49,713 nucleotides of DNA from Candidatus Hadarchaeales archaeon (lineage in GTDB: Archaea > Hadarchaeota > Hadarchaeia > Hadarchaeales > Hadarchaeaceae): contig JAWCLG010000006.1 in NCBI GenBank assembly GCA_038851075.1, positions 1 through 49,713 of the forward strand. The letters run 5' to 3'. Below, piece after piece: positions 9,092 to 21,133 of this stretch. The notes beneath the pieces were generated by a model. The model was given only the letters and a program-made list of their open reading frames with translations, did not search any database and had not been told where the DNA came from. Each line of letters opens with the position of its first letter. Within the stretch, counting starts at the first letter, position 1. Made by a program: the position numbers and the translations under genes.

Positions 9092-9748
9092 ATGAAGGCG
9101 GTTTGTCTGCTCTCTGGGGGACCCGATAGCGCTGTTTCGGCGGCTCTGGCCAAGAGAGAGGGATACGAACTATACTGCATATCATTTGACTACGGTCAAA
9201 GGGCAAGAAAGGAGCTGGAAAGCGCCAGAAGTATGGCAAAATTTCTGGGAGCGAAAGAGCACAGGATCATAGACATGTCCTATATGAAGGACATATACGG
9301 CCGGGGAGTCACAGCTCTGACAGACGAGAGCATGGAAATGCCTGAAAGCTTCAAGCCGACAGTTGTGGTGCCCTTCAGGAACGGCATAATGCTTTCAATT
9401 GCGGCGGGATATGCATCCGCACTTGGGGCCAGAGCGATATTCTACGGTGCCCACAGGGATGACTCCAGGTTTTATCCTGACTGCAGGGATGAATTCGTGA
9501 GGGCGATGGAGAGAGCAGTACTGAAGGGAACCGATGAAAAAATTGAGATCAAGGCTCCCCTCCTGAAGCTGAGAAAATCTGACGTGATAAAGCTGGCCGC
9601 CGAGCTCGGGATTCCGCTGGAGCAGACATGGAGCTGCTATCTAAGCGAAAAACTGCACTGCGGAGCATGTGAGTCGTGCATGAACAGGAAAAGGGCCTTC
9701 AAAGAAGCAGGGTTGGAAGACCGGACCAAGTACTCCTCCAGATCATAA
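9092..9748 (+). CDS. queC: 7-cyano-7-deazaguanine synthase
   Basis: LLSGGPDS, FDYGQR, VPFRN, YPDCR, TWSCY..HCGACESC. Confidence 0.96.
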   Translation: MKAVCLLSGGPDSAVSAALAKREGYELYCISFDYGQRARKELESARSMAKFLGAKEHRIIDMSYMKDIYGRGVTALTDESMEMPESFKPTVVVPFRNGIMLSIAAGYASALGARAIFYGAHRDDSRFYPDCRDEFVRAMERAVLKGTDEKIEIKAPLLKLRKSDVIKLAAELGIPLEQTWSCYLSEKLHCGACESCMNRKRAFKEAGLEDRTKYSSRS

Positions 9749-9888
9749 AAAACATGATGGATTCTACAAAAACGGCTGATGAATATACGTCATTTTGAAG
9801 CCAGTAAATGGGAACGTTTCTTCTTTAGAGCCAGATTTTTGAGGCACGATTAATTATATTAAAAATAGCATCAAATGAATTTGAGACA

Positions 9889-10920
9889 ATGAAACTCACA
9901 TGCGATGAGGAGAAGCGCATCATATCCAAACTTCTCACAGCTGCCGGATCCAACGCTGAAGAGGCTGAAGCGGTGGCGGAGGTTCTCACTGAGGGTGATC
10001 TCCGTGGATTCTCATCTCACGGAATACTGCGCCTTCCATACATACTGAGGGCTATGAAACGCGGGACGATCATCGGAAATGCGAAAGTCAGAGTTGTGAG
10101 AGAAACCCCGGCCGCCGCACTTCTGGATGGAGGCCACGGACTAGGGCATTACGTGGCTAAGAGAGGCATGGAAATTGCCATTGAAAAGGCGAGAAAACAC
10201 GGCATCGGTGCCACCGGAATATTTAACACGAATCACTTTGGCATCGCGGGCTACTACGCGGAGATGGCTATAAAGGAAGGGATGGCCGGCATTATCGCCA
10301 CCACCACTGACGCACTGGTCCACCCTTGGGGAGGAGTGGAGCCCCTTCTGGGAACAAACGCGCTGGCGATAGGGCTGCCCACGGAGCCCCCCACGCTTCT
10401 TGACATGGCTATGAGCGTTGCGGCAAGGGGAAAACTTGTGGATGCTATGAAAAAGGGAGAGAGGATTCCTGAGGGATGGGCAATAGACAGCCAGGGCAGA
10501 CCGACCACCGACCCGGCTGAGGGGCTTAAAGGAGCGCTGACTCCATTCGGAGGGCCAAAGGGTTACGCGCTGGCGTTTGTGCTCGAACTGCTTGCCGGAC
10601 CGATGGTGGGTGCGGCCGCCGGAAGGGACGTTGTCGGGACCCTCGAACCGAAGGAAGGATTTTCAACAAAAGGTGACTTTATGATCGCAATCGACCCTGC
10701 GGCTTTTGTCCCGATGGATGAGTTCCGCTCGCGTTCCAGAAAGTTCATAGAGGATATAAAAAGTTCAAAAAAGGCGCCCGGCTTTGGCGAAATAATGATA
10801 CCTGGAGAACCAGAGACGAGGGCCAGAGAGAAAAACCTGCGCGAGGGGATAAACATAGCGGACAGTGTCTGGGCGGATCTGGAAACCATCGCCAGAGAAA
10901 TGGGTGTCTCTCTGCGCTAG
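9889..10920 (+). CDS. Ldh_2 family malate/sulfolactate dehydrogenase
   Basis: DLRGFSSHG, NHFG, LGTN, LDMA, PFGGPKGY. Confidence 0.9.
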   Translation: MKLTCDEEKRIISKLLTAAGSNAEEAEAVAEVLTEGDLRGFSSHGILRLPYILRAMKRGTIIGNAKVRVVRETPAAALLDGGHGLGHYVAKRGMEIAIEKARKHGIGATGIFNTNHFGIAGYYAEMAIKEGMAGIIATTTDALVHPWGGVEPLLGTNALAIGLPTEPPTLLDMAMSVAARGKLVDAMKKGERIPEGWAIDSQGRPTTDPAEGLKGALTPFGGPKGYALAFVLELLAGPMVGAAAGRDVVGTLEPKEGFSTKGDFMIAIDPAAFVPMDEFRSRSRKFIEDIKSSKKAPGFGEIMIPGEPETRAREKNLREGINIADSVWADLETIAREMGVSLR

Positions 10921-10955
10921 ATGCCGTGACCTCTCGAGAATCGCCAATGTTAATG

Positions 10956-11534
10956 TTATGGATTCAGTTTCCACGGCTTTTTAAGGTATGAGAGGAGCGC
11001 CTTTGGTATAAACGGTCTTCCGTTCACGACAGGATAGGCAAACGGCAGGACGACCGAGTGACCGGGCTGCAGCTCTATCTCCACACCCGCTCTTACAGGT
11101 ATTCTACTCAGAGGCACGCCGCCATGTATCCTCTTTGCAACGTAAACCGCCCCATCAACAGAAAACTGATGAGGCCCGATGTTTCTGACCTCGACTCCGG
11201 GAGCAAACCTGGTGAGCATCGATTCGGTTCTGCCACGCGGAGGATCATCTCCCAGTATCCCTCCCAGAACCACAGCCATTTTTCCTTTCATGTCGTCCGG
11301 GGTCAACGTGTATCTGGCGCCGGGATCCAGAATTATGATATCTCCCTCATCGAAGATATCGAAAGCGCGTCTTCTGTCGACCCTTGCAACTCTAGACAGC
11401 ATTTTAGCATCTCTTCTCCTCGTCACATTTGTTATGATGAGGTTTTCCCTTCCAGCTATTTTAGCAGCATGCGAGTACTCTATCATAATCCATTCGCTGA
11501 GCTCCGGCTCCAGATGATCTATCAGGAAGAGCAA
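10956..11534 (-). CDS. SPOUT methyltransferase, Sfm1-like
   Basis: HLEP..SEW..IEY.H, GGILGDDPPRGRT, QFSVDGA. Confidence 0.85.
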   Translation of the reverse strand: MLFLIDHLEPELSEWIMIEYSHAAKIAGRENLIITNVTRRRDAKMLSRVARVDRRRAFDIFDEGDIIILDPGARYTLTPDDMKGKMAVVLGGILGDDPPRGRTESMLTRFAPGVEVRNIGPHQFSVDGAVYVAKRIHGGVPLSRIPVRAGVEIELQPGHSVVLPFAYPVVNGRPFIPKALLSYLKKPWKLNP

Positions 11535-11544
11535 TCCCGCTCCC

Positions 11545-12870
11545 TTATCCCATTTTTCTTATCAGAGCATCGGCGGCGACCTGAAGGGGACCAATCAGAT
11601 CTGAAATCGAAGGCATGTAACAGTGCTCGTAATCCCTGAGGTCTTCAACTGCCGCTCCGGATGATATCGCGAAAGAGAGGAGGTCAACCATCTCAGCAAC
11701 ACCGTTCCTTCCTATGATCTGCCCTCCCACAATCTTCCCGCTGCCCGAGTCCGCCAGAAGCTTCACGAGCAAATGCTCACCTCCGGAGTATATGGGTCGG
11801 TCCAGAACTCTGACCCTCGCAGAAACCACCTTAAAACCCGCCTGCTCCGCGCTTTGAAGATTCAGCCCGGTGGCCCCCGCGGTCAGATCTCCCACGCTCA
11901 CCACGGTTGAGCCAAGCACGCCGCGGAATTTCGCATTTCCTCCGGCGGCGTTAATGCCGGCAGCCCTCCCCATTGCCATCGCGGTGCTCGCCAGAAAAGA
12001 GACAACAGGTTTGTTCGTTATCATATTTTTTGTCTCGGCGCATTCTCCGGCAGCGAAAACATCCTCGGCGCTGGTCCGCATCCGATCATCGACCTGAATT
12101 CCCCCGGTTCTCCCGACCTTTATCCCTGAACATTCTGCGACTGACACCTCCGGCTTAACTCCTGCCGCAACAACCACGAGGCTCGCTGGTTGCTCATCTC
12201 TTCCAGCAATGACTCCAGTGACCTCTTTTTTCCCTACCAGCTCAGAAACCGCTTCACCGCAGATCACCTGAATCCCCTCAGACTCAAGCTTTTTTGCAAT
12301 CTGATCCGACATGTCGGGGTCCAGCATTGATGGAAGAAGATGCGGCATCTGCTCTACAACCGTCACTCTAGCGCCCCTTTTTGCGAGAGAGAACGAGACC
12401 TCAACGCCCACGGGTCCACCTCCAACAACTGCTGCGCACTTAACCAGATGCAGCCTTCTGAGTATCGCCTCTCCATCCTCAACTGTCCTCAGCGTGTATA
12501 CTCCATTCAGGTCAATCCCGGGGATGTCTGGCCTGACCGGCTTTCCTCCAGTTGCCACAACAAGCGAATCGTAAGATATGAGACTCTCTTTTCCGCTCGA
12601 GACCTCACGCAGTCTCAGCTTTTTTGATTCTTGGTCGATTTCCACCGCCTCGGTCCCGCAGATCAGCTTGACACCCGGAGGCGCAGACCGATGCAGAAGA
12701 TCCTTGAAATCCACATCTCCTCTGATTGCGAGAGGAATGCCACACGGATGATAGAGTCCGTAGGGTCTTTTTTCAATCAGAGTGACCTCAGCACCTCTGT
12801 TTAAAACCTTGGCATAAGATGCTGCCGTGAATCCTGCGCTCTGACTTCCCAAAACCACAATGCAGGTCAA
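11545..12870 (-). CDS. NADH oxidase / CoA-disulfide reductase family flavoprotein
   Basis: Redox Cys (PCGIP), ATG, VGGGPVG, TS...FAAGEC. Confidence 0.9.
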   Translation of the reverse strand: MTCIVVLGSQSAGFTAASYAKVLNRGAEVTLIEKRPYGLYHPCGIPLAIRGDVDFKDLLHRSAPPGVKLICGTEAVEIDQESKKLRLREVSSGKESLISYDSLVVATGGKPVRPDIPGIDLNGVYTLRTVEDGEAILRRLHLVKCAAVVGGGPVGVEVSFSLAKRGARVTVVEQMPHLLPSMLDPDMSDQIAKKLESEGIQVICGEAVSELVGKKEVTGVIAGRDEQPASLVVVAAGVKPEVSVAECSGIKVGRTGGIQVDDRMRTSAEDVFAAGECAETKNMITNKPVVSFLASTAMAMGRAAGINAAGGNAKFRGVLGSTVVSVGDLTAGATGLNLQSAEQAGFKVVSARVRVLDRPIYSGGEHLLVKLLADSGSGKIVGGQIIGRNGVAEMVDLLSFAISSGAAVEDLRDYEHCYMPSISDLIGPLQVAADALIRKMG

Positions 12871-14078
12871 GCGCGAACCTTCGTGAGCATTTCTACAACG
12901 GGAAGCTTTTCTCCGGATAGAAAGCTTATGCAGGCCCCTCCTCCGGTGCTGATGTGTCCCATTTTTCCAGCCAGCCCGGAGGACTCGGCGGCCGCCACCA
13001 TGTGCCCTCCTCCTATCACCGTGAACGCTCTGGATTTTGCCATGGCCTCGAGCACTCCAAAGGTTCCTCTCTCATAACCCCTCTTTTCAAAAACTCCAAG
13101 CGGACCGTTTGCAACAACCGTCTTTGCTCCGGATATTATCTCAGAGTACTTTTTCACGGTTTTGCTGCCTATGTCTTGAATGGGATACTGCGTGGGCAAG
13201 GCATCGACCGGGACCTCTGCCGGAGCCCCATCTCTGTTGACAACGAAATCAACGGGTGTAACTATCTTATCTCCATACTGCGACAGAAGCTTCCTCGCCC
13301 TCTCGGCTTCCTTATCAAATCCCTTATCCGTTATGACCTTCATGTTAACGTCTCCAAGATTAACACCCCTCGCGACAAGAAACGCGTTTGCAAGCAGTCC
13401 TCCTGTTAGAACGGTGTCCGCGATGCCCCTGCTCAGGATATTCTCGATCATCACCATGGAGTCCTTCGCCTTCCCGCCGCCGAGCACATAAACGCATGGC
13501 TTTTCAGGGGAGAGCGCCTTCCCCAGCCCCCTCAGTTCCCTCTCCATCAGCCTTCCTGCATACGTGGGCAGCACGGCTCCAAAACCCACCAGAGATGGCT
13601 GGTCCCTGTGCGCGGCGCCGAATGCATCGTTGACAAAAACATCGGCCACGGATGCAAGCCTCCTGACGAGGAAGGTCTTCGCCATGTCCTCCGGGCTTCC
13701 CTTCAGTCCCTCCTCTGCAAGGAATCTCACGTTTCCGAGGAGAAGTACGTTCCCCGGCCTGAGTTCATCTATTGCTGCGATGGCGGCCGGACCGATCACG
13801 TCGTCAACATATTTAACCGGCATGCCGATCGCGGACTCTAGCTTCTTTGCATGTTTTTCGAGCGTGGTAAAGTCCTCATCACCGGCCCTTCCCTGGTGTG
13901 CTATCACGACAACCTTTGCCCCCTTTGAGGAGAGCTCCTTTATCGTTTGAGAGCACTCCCTGATTCTCTTGTCGTCAAGGATCTCCCCCGTGTTTGGGTC
14001 TATGGGTGAGTTTATGTCAACCCGGAGCAGTACAGTTTTACCCCTGACGTCCGCATCGTCAAGAGTTGGAAACTTCAT
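12867..14078 (-). CDS. pgk: Phosphoglycerate kinase, archaeal type
   Basis: RVDINSP, AHQGR, NDAFGAAHR, HISTGGGA; start trimmed to MKFPTL. Confidence 0.97.
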   Translation of the reverse strand: MKFPTLDDADVRGKTVLLRVDINSPIDPNTGEILDDKRIRECSQTIKELSSKGAKVVVIAHQGRAGDEDFTTLEKHAKKLESAIGMPVKYVDDVIGPAAIAAIDELRPGNVLLLGNVRFLAEEGLKGSPEDMAKTFLVRRLASVADVFVNDAFGAAHRDQPSLVGFGAVLPTYAGRLMERELRGLGKALSPEKPCVYVLGGGKAKDSMVMIENILSRGIADTVLTGGLLANAFLVARGVNLGDVNMKVITDKGFDKEAERARKLLSQYGDKIVTPVDFVVNRDGAPAEVPVDALPTQYPIQDIGSKTVKKYSEIISGAKTVVANGPLGVFEKRGYERGTFGVLEAMAKSRAFTVIGGGHMVAAAESSGLAGKMGHISTGGGACISFLSGEKLPVVEMLTKVRA

Positions 14079-14086
14079 TTCACTCC

Positions 14087-15124
<1,038 letters not shown>

Positions 15125-15160
15125 TTAAATCTTTTGGAAATCGTACGGATTTGGGATAAT

Positions 15161-15176
15161 ATCTCATTTTTTAGAC
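15161..15176 (+). promoter_or_regulatory. Candidate RbkR operator
   Basis: Imperfect palindrome ATCTCA-TTTT-TTAGAC upstream of a TATA-like CTTAAAAT and the HTH-riboflavin kinase. Confidence 0.4.
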
Positions 15177-15235
15177 GCGTTCCTTAATTGGTAAGGCTTA
15201 AAATAGATGGAGAACACCTTTCTACGGGCTGGACA

Positions 15236-15882
15236 ATGGACCCAGAGGATATTATGGTGCTGATCGAGCTGGCGAGAGAGGGGCCAGGAGAAACCAGGTG
15301 CTCCCTGAGCAGACTCGCGGAACGCATGAAAATTTCAAAACAGACGGCTTCCAGGAGGCTCGCGTCGCTGGAGAAGGCCGGAATGATAAAGAGGAAAGTG
15401 AGCCCCTCCGGACAGACAGTTGGCGTGACCTCATCAGGCTTCGCAGCAATACGATCGCTTCACCGGGAATTAGGAAAAATATTAAAGGCAAGCGGTGGTC
15501 CGGTCGAACTCCGCGGCAGGGTAACCACCGGTTTTGGCGAGGGGAAGTACTACCTGAGCAGGGACGGATACATCAGACAGTACTGGAAGCTGGGATTCAA
15601 ACCGTACCCGGGCACGCTTGATATAAAGCTCGATGAAAAATCGCTCGCGATCAGGGAGATACTGCTCAGGAATCCATCCGACAGGCTCGACGGGTTCAGA
15701 ACCAGCGAGAGGGAATTCGGCCCGGTGAAGTTCTTCAGGGGCAGGCTTGAGGGTAGAGACGTGGCCATAATTTTTCCGGAAAGGACGCACCACTCGGATG
15801 TTGTGGAGGTCGTTGCCCCTGTTAACCTGAGGAAAGCGCTGGGTCTGAGCGATGGATCTGCTGTCACTGTGGTGGTTGATAT

Positions 15883-15886
<4 letters not shown>
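15236..15886 (+). CDS. ribK: HTH-fused CTP-dependent riboflavin kinase / regulator (RbkR type)
   Basis: SKQTASRRL HTH; GFGEGKYY, PYPGTL, PERTHH, NLR. Confidence 0.93.
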
Positions 15887-17033
<1,147 letters not shown>

Positions 17034-17037
17034 GAAA

Positions 17038-17451
17038 TTGGTAAAACTGGCAATCTGCGCGAGCGAATTCAACTTTGACATCGTTGCACCCATGATGGAG
17101 TTCGCGAGGAAACATGCGGAGTTCCTAGGGGCACAGGTGACCGCCGAGCTGCTGGTCCCGGGAGTCTACGATATGCCCACAGCAGTGAGGAAACTTGCGA
17201 TGAGAAGCGATGTTGACGCGGTCGTGACACTCGGAGCTGTGATTGAAGGAGAGACGCAGCACGACGAGGTAATAATGCAGCAGGCGACAAGGAAGATGAT
17301 GGATATATCTGTGGAAACCGGAAAACCCGTGGCTCTTGGGATCTCAGGCCCCGGAGTGACAAGGCTTCAGGCGATGGAGAGGGTCACGGACTACGCGAAA
17401 CGTGCTGTCGAGGCCGCAGTGAAGATGGTGAAAAGGCTGGAGAGCATCTAA
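17038..17451 (+). CDS. ribH: Lumazine synthase
   Basis: SEFN, VPGVYDMP, LGAVIEGETQHD. Confidence 0.95.
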   Translation: MVKLAICASEFNFDIVAPMMEFARKHAEFLGAQVTAELLVPGVYDMPTAVRKLAMRSDVDAVVTLGAVIEGETQHDEVIMQQATRKMMDISVETGKPVALGISGPGVTRLQAMERVTDYAKRAVEAAVKMVKRLESI

Positions 17452-17480
17452 TAGGGGTTGGGCAAAAGGTGCCCGTTCAG

Positions 17481-18245
17481 TCAAAAAAACGGGACAAATA
17501 GCATTCTCACGCCTATCAGCGCGATTACAATCGCCATGACCTTCCTGAGAGTTGTGGCACGCGACCTCACCGAAAGATATGGCCCGAGCTGACCGCCCAC
17601 CACTCCCCCCGCTGCAAGCGGAATGGCGTACTCGAGCACAACGTTGCCGAGCATCCAGTGAGGAACAACCGCGGAAACCGTGGTCAGCGCCATTCCGAAC
17701 ATTGCCGTTGCCGCCGAGAGGTGGACCGACATGCCGAGGATGAAGATCATGACCAGCTCGTCCACGACTCCCCCGCCGATTCCAAACATTCCGGATACTA
17801 TGCCGCTGAGGAAACTTCCCATCATGCATGCGGTTATCACGCGCCTGTTCAGCTCCGGCCTGCCCCCGCCCCCTTTCTCAGGTTTAGAATTTTTTCTGAG
17901 GAAAGCGTAAAACGATATGAACACGAGCATCAGGCCGAACATTCCCGCGAGAATGCTGGATCGCACCATGGTTGTGATGTACGCTCCAATAAAAGCGCCC
18001 GGAACGTCAAGGGCGTCCAGAATCAGCCCCACTCTGAAATCAATTCGTCTTCGTGCTGCGTATCCTAACGCGGCTGAAATGGTGATGAAGGTGACCGCAA
18101 AAAGACTGACGCCGACGGCCTTCTGCGTGGCGAGGCCAAACCCGAGCACAAGCAGTGGGACTATGAAACTCCCGCCAGCCAGACCGACCATCGAAAAAAC
18201 AGTGGCTATCAGAAAACCTGCAGCAGACAGAATCATCCAGCTCAA
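17481..18245 (-). CDS. TauE/SafE (TSUP) transporter
   Basis: Duplicated G.GGG motifs, about 8 TM segments. Confidence 0.9.
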   Translation of the reverse strand: MSWMILSAAGFLIATVFSMVGLAGGSFIVPLLVLGFGLATQKAVGVSLFAVTFITISAALGYAARRRIDFRVGLILDALDVPGAFIGAYITTMVRSSILAGMFGLMLVFISFYAFLRKNSKPEKGGGGRPELNRRVITACMMGSFLSGIVSGMFGIGGGVVDELVMIFILGMSVHLSAATAMFGMALTTVSAVVPHWMLGNVVLEYAIPLAAGGVVGGQLGPYLSVRSRATTLRKVMAIVIALIGVRMLFVPFF

Positions 18246-18251
18246 ATTTCA

Positions 18252-18491
18252 TCACTTCACGTGGCCGAGTTCTTTTCCGGTTTCGAGGATGGCCCACGCC
18301 CAAACCAGACATTCAAAGCTCCTCACCAGGTCACCCTTACGCAGAAAGTGATCGGAATCGCTCCGGTATGCCCTTGCGTTCTCAATCATCCTGGCTCCGG
18401 TTTCATCCACAGCGCCGACTCCGTAAAGCGCATCATCCAGCCTGACCGACCACTTTTCGATTTCTGCCCTCAGATCCGACTCGACTCCCAT
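18252..18491 (-). CDS. DUF357 protein
   Basis: AY.SDSDHFL.KGDLVRSFE...WAWA.LE.G. Confidence 0.85.
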   Translation of the reverse strand: MGVESDLRAEIEKWSVRLDDALYGVGAVDETGARMIENARAYRSDSDHFLRKGDLVRSFECLVWAWAILETGKELGHVK

Positions 18492-18493
18492 CG

Positions 18494-19162
18494 TCACACT
18501 TCCAGCTCTGCCTCTGGCGGTATTCCTATTTTGGCAACCGCAACCGCTCCTGTTATTTCGCCCCTTTTCAAAAGCCCGGTCTTCATCCTGTGGAATGTCA
18601 TCGTAACATCGGCTCTGACAGCACGTCCGCATATATTTCCGTCAAGCGGATCTAGACCGGAAGGAACATCGACCGCGACCTTGAACGCCCTGCTTTTATT
18701 TATTATATCTATGGCGGACGCGTGCGGCTCCCTGAGCTCCCCTTCTATCCCCGTCCCGAATATGGCGTCGACTATCACCCGGGCCTCACCAGCCGCCTTT
18801 CTGAGCTCATCCATGAGCGAGCTGTCCGAAAGGGTGAAAACTTCTATCGAGCTCCGCATCCTGAGAATCACCTCAAGGTTTCGCGAGGCCTCCTGTGTCC
18901 TCACATTTTCCTTTCTTCCGAGGAGGAAAACCCGAACCGGAAATCCATAACCGGCAAGATGTCTGGCTGCCACAAAACCGTCCCCTCCGTTGTTTCCCGT
19001 TCCGCAGACAACCACAATCAGGGAACCAGCGGTCTCCACCCTGCTCGCGATAAAGTCGGCGACGGCTTTTCCCGCGTTCTCCATCAGCATGAGCCTGGAA
19101 ACTCCGAGCAGCTCTGCCCTGTCCTCTATTTTCCTCATCTCATCCGGCGTCACCGTCTTCAA
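18494..19162 (-). CDS. nnrE: NAD(P)H-hydrate epimerase
   Basis: LMENAG, GNNGGDG, DAIFGTG, DVPSG. Confidence 0.95.
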   Translation of the reverse strand: MKTVTPDEMRKIEDRAELLGVSRLMLMENAGKAVADFIASRVETAGSLIVVVCGTGNNGGDGFVAARHLAGYGFPVRVFLLGRKENVRTQEASRNLEVILRMRSSIEVFTLSDSSLMDELRKAAGEARVIVDAIFGTGIEGELREPHASAIDIINKSRAFKVAVDVPSGLDPLDGNICGRAVRADVTMTFHRMKTGLLKRGEITGAVAVAKIGIPPEAELEV

Positions 19163-19926
19163 GATATCATCTCCTCCGGCGCACCGGCAAAAACTCTAAG
19201 CGCATCCGCCTCAACAAAGTGAAGTTTTCCCGGGACCACGAGAACATGCGGTGGTTTTCCAAAATCAACCTCAACCAGCCTTTTTGCCGCGTCTGCCCTG
19301 ATCACCTGGTCATCCCACCCTGCGCGGGCTATTCCGACGGCCAGTCTGTTCTCGGTGAAGACTCCCCGGCGCAACTTTTTTTCAAGATCAAACATGATTC
19401 CAACGGCCTCGGCTATCGTCATCGACCTCCCCTCATCCGCCCTCACGTCAAGCAGGAGAAGCGTATGAAGACCGCGTTTCAGGTTTTCCTCGAGAACCTC
19501 GTAAGGTCTGGAGGAGGGATTGTCAGAAAATGGGACGGTTGCTGACGGGCCGAACCTGTAGCTCTGAAGTCCCGTGAGGCCCGGGGCAGCGGATGAAATC
19601 GAAGCGGAGGGAACGACCATTGTGTCCACGCCGGACTTTGCGGCAAACAGCCGGAGCGCGACGTGAGTGGTTGCGATCATCGGATCTCCTGGTACCAAGA
19701 AAACCACATTTGACTCTCTTGCATCTCTGACTATCTTTTCAGGGCACTCCTCCACAAGTTTTCTGTCCACCATACGCACCTCCTTCCCAATGGTTTTCTC
19801 CAGATCGGTTTCCGGCAGCGGGCTCGTATACAGCTCGGCGTAAACGATGTCCGCCTTCCTCGCAATCTCAAGACCTCTCAGGGATATCCCGCCGGGGCCG
19901 ATCCCAAGTCCGACGAACGTCAACAT
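19159..19926 (-). CDS. dph5: Diphthine synthase
   Basis: E.YTS, GDPMIATTH, GLQSYRFG, GLHTLLLLD. Confidence 0.95.
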   Translation of the reverse strand: MLTFVGLGIGPGGISLRGLEIARKADIVYAELYTSPLPETDLEKTIGKEVRMVDRKLVEECPEKIVRDARESNVVFLVPGDPMIATTHVALRLFAAKSGVDTMVVPSASISSAAPGLTGLQSYRFGPSATVPFSDNPSSRPYEVLEENLKRGLHTLLLLDVRADEGRSMTIAEAVGIMFDLEKKLRRGVFTENRLAVGIARAGWDDQVIRADAAKRLVEVDFGKPPHVLVVPGKLHFVEADALRVFAGAPEEMIS

Positions 19927-19963
19927 CGCAAATAATTAATTAGGCATCTGATAAATCAATTCG

Positions 19964-20080
19964 GGGCCCGTGGCTCAGTCTGGTAGACGCTGAAAAAAGC
20001 GGCCGAAAGCAATCGGCTCTTAACGGCAGAGCCGGGAGCCAACCGATGGGTCGTGGGTTCGAATCCCACCGGGCCCGCCA
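19964..20080 (+). tRNA. tRNA-Lys(CTT) with two introns (19987-20007 at 22/23; about 20023-20041 at 37/38)
   Basis: Acceptor GGGCCCG/CGGGCCC-G-CCA, T arm GTGGG TTCGAAT CCCAC, anticodon stem ATCGG/CCGAT; removing 21+19 nt gives a 77-nt cloverleaf. Confidence 0.9.
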
Positions 20081-20140
20081 TTTCACACTTTACAAACGCA
20101 ACAGCCGCGGGTTTTCTTTTTAAAGCGCCGGTAACCGTGG

Positions 20141-21022
20141 TTAAATGGTCCAGTCGCCGGCGTACTGGTCGTACATCACCGGGTTCATCTTTTCGCCGTA
20201 CTGTGTCATCACGAATCCACTGGCAAGGGGGGCCGCATATGCAAATGCGTTCTCGACAACATTGTATTTTTGCAGTCCAGCCGCTTCATTTCCCACAAAA
20301 TAGTATGAAAAGACCCCGTTCTTCTGTTCTTTGGTTCCATCGTACGAGTATTCCTCCTCACCGCATGCTGCGACCACCACGCGTCCATTGCCGTTCAGAT
20401 CATCCATCCCCCCGGAGAAGCAGCTGTCAAAGACAAGCGTTATCTTCGTCGAGGAAAACGTGGATAACTTCTGTCTCAGCTGCCCGTCCAGTATCAGGTA
20501 GAGATCTGATGAAACTATAGCCTCATCTGTGTACTCCGCGTCTCCATCGTTGTAGCCATCGTACGCGCTTCCATGCCCGCTGTAGAAGATGACCACCTCA
20601 GAGTTTGGCCCCTCCCATGAGTTGAGCCAGTCCAGGGCCGCCATTATGTTCTTAGCGGTGGCGTTGCCGTCCAACAGGAGCTTTATGTTGCCAGCCGGAT
20701 AGCCCCTGGACAGAAGATAGCTGTACATGTCTCTGGCATCGTCGTCGCAGTACTGGAGGTCGTACTGTCTCCCCCTGTAGTCGGAGATCCCTATTACAAC
20801 CGCCCACCTGTCAACCGATGGGTTCGGCTGCGGCGCCGGAGGTTTTGCCCTGCCCTGCTCCACCACACGACCGCCCGCGGACCTTTCGCTGTAAACCTCC
20901 TTTGGACCATGATACAATCTGGCGCCCTCAGAGGGCGAAAACGCCGTCGCCAGCGAAACGGAAAATGCTGTCAAACAAAACGTGATGACAAGACATGCGA
21001 CCAATCTTGAATGCAATTTCAT
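20141..21022 (-). CDS. Secreted caspase-family (peptidase C14) protein
   Basis: Signal peptide; WAVVIGISDY, DDA, YSGHG, FDSCFSG dyad. Confidence 0.9.
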   Translation of the reverse strand: MKLHSRLVACLVITFCLTAFSVSLATAFSPSEGARLYHGPKEVYSERSAGGRVVEQGRAKPPAPQPNPSVDRWAVVIGISDYRGRQYDLQYCDDDARDMYSYLLSRGYPAGNIKLLLDGNATAKNIMAALDWLNSWEGPNSEVVIFYSGHGSAYDGYNDGDAEYTDEAIVSSDLYLILDGQLRQKLSTFSSTKITLVFDSCFSGGMDDLNGNGRVVVAACGEEEYSYDGTKEQKNGVFSYYFVGNEAAGLQKYNVVENAFAYAAPLASGFVMTQYGEKMNPVMYDQYAGDWTI

Positions 21023-21133
21023 CCGATCCTCTGTGAGAAACTGACACGCATCACGTATAAACCTATTCGCCTGTCGGGATTCAGCGTTCAGCAAACGTCT
21101 TTAGACCCAAACGCAAGGAAAATCGGGAAAAGC

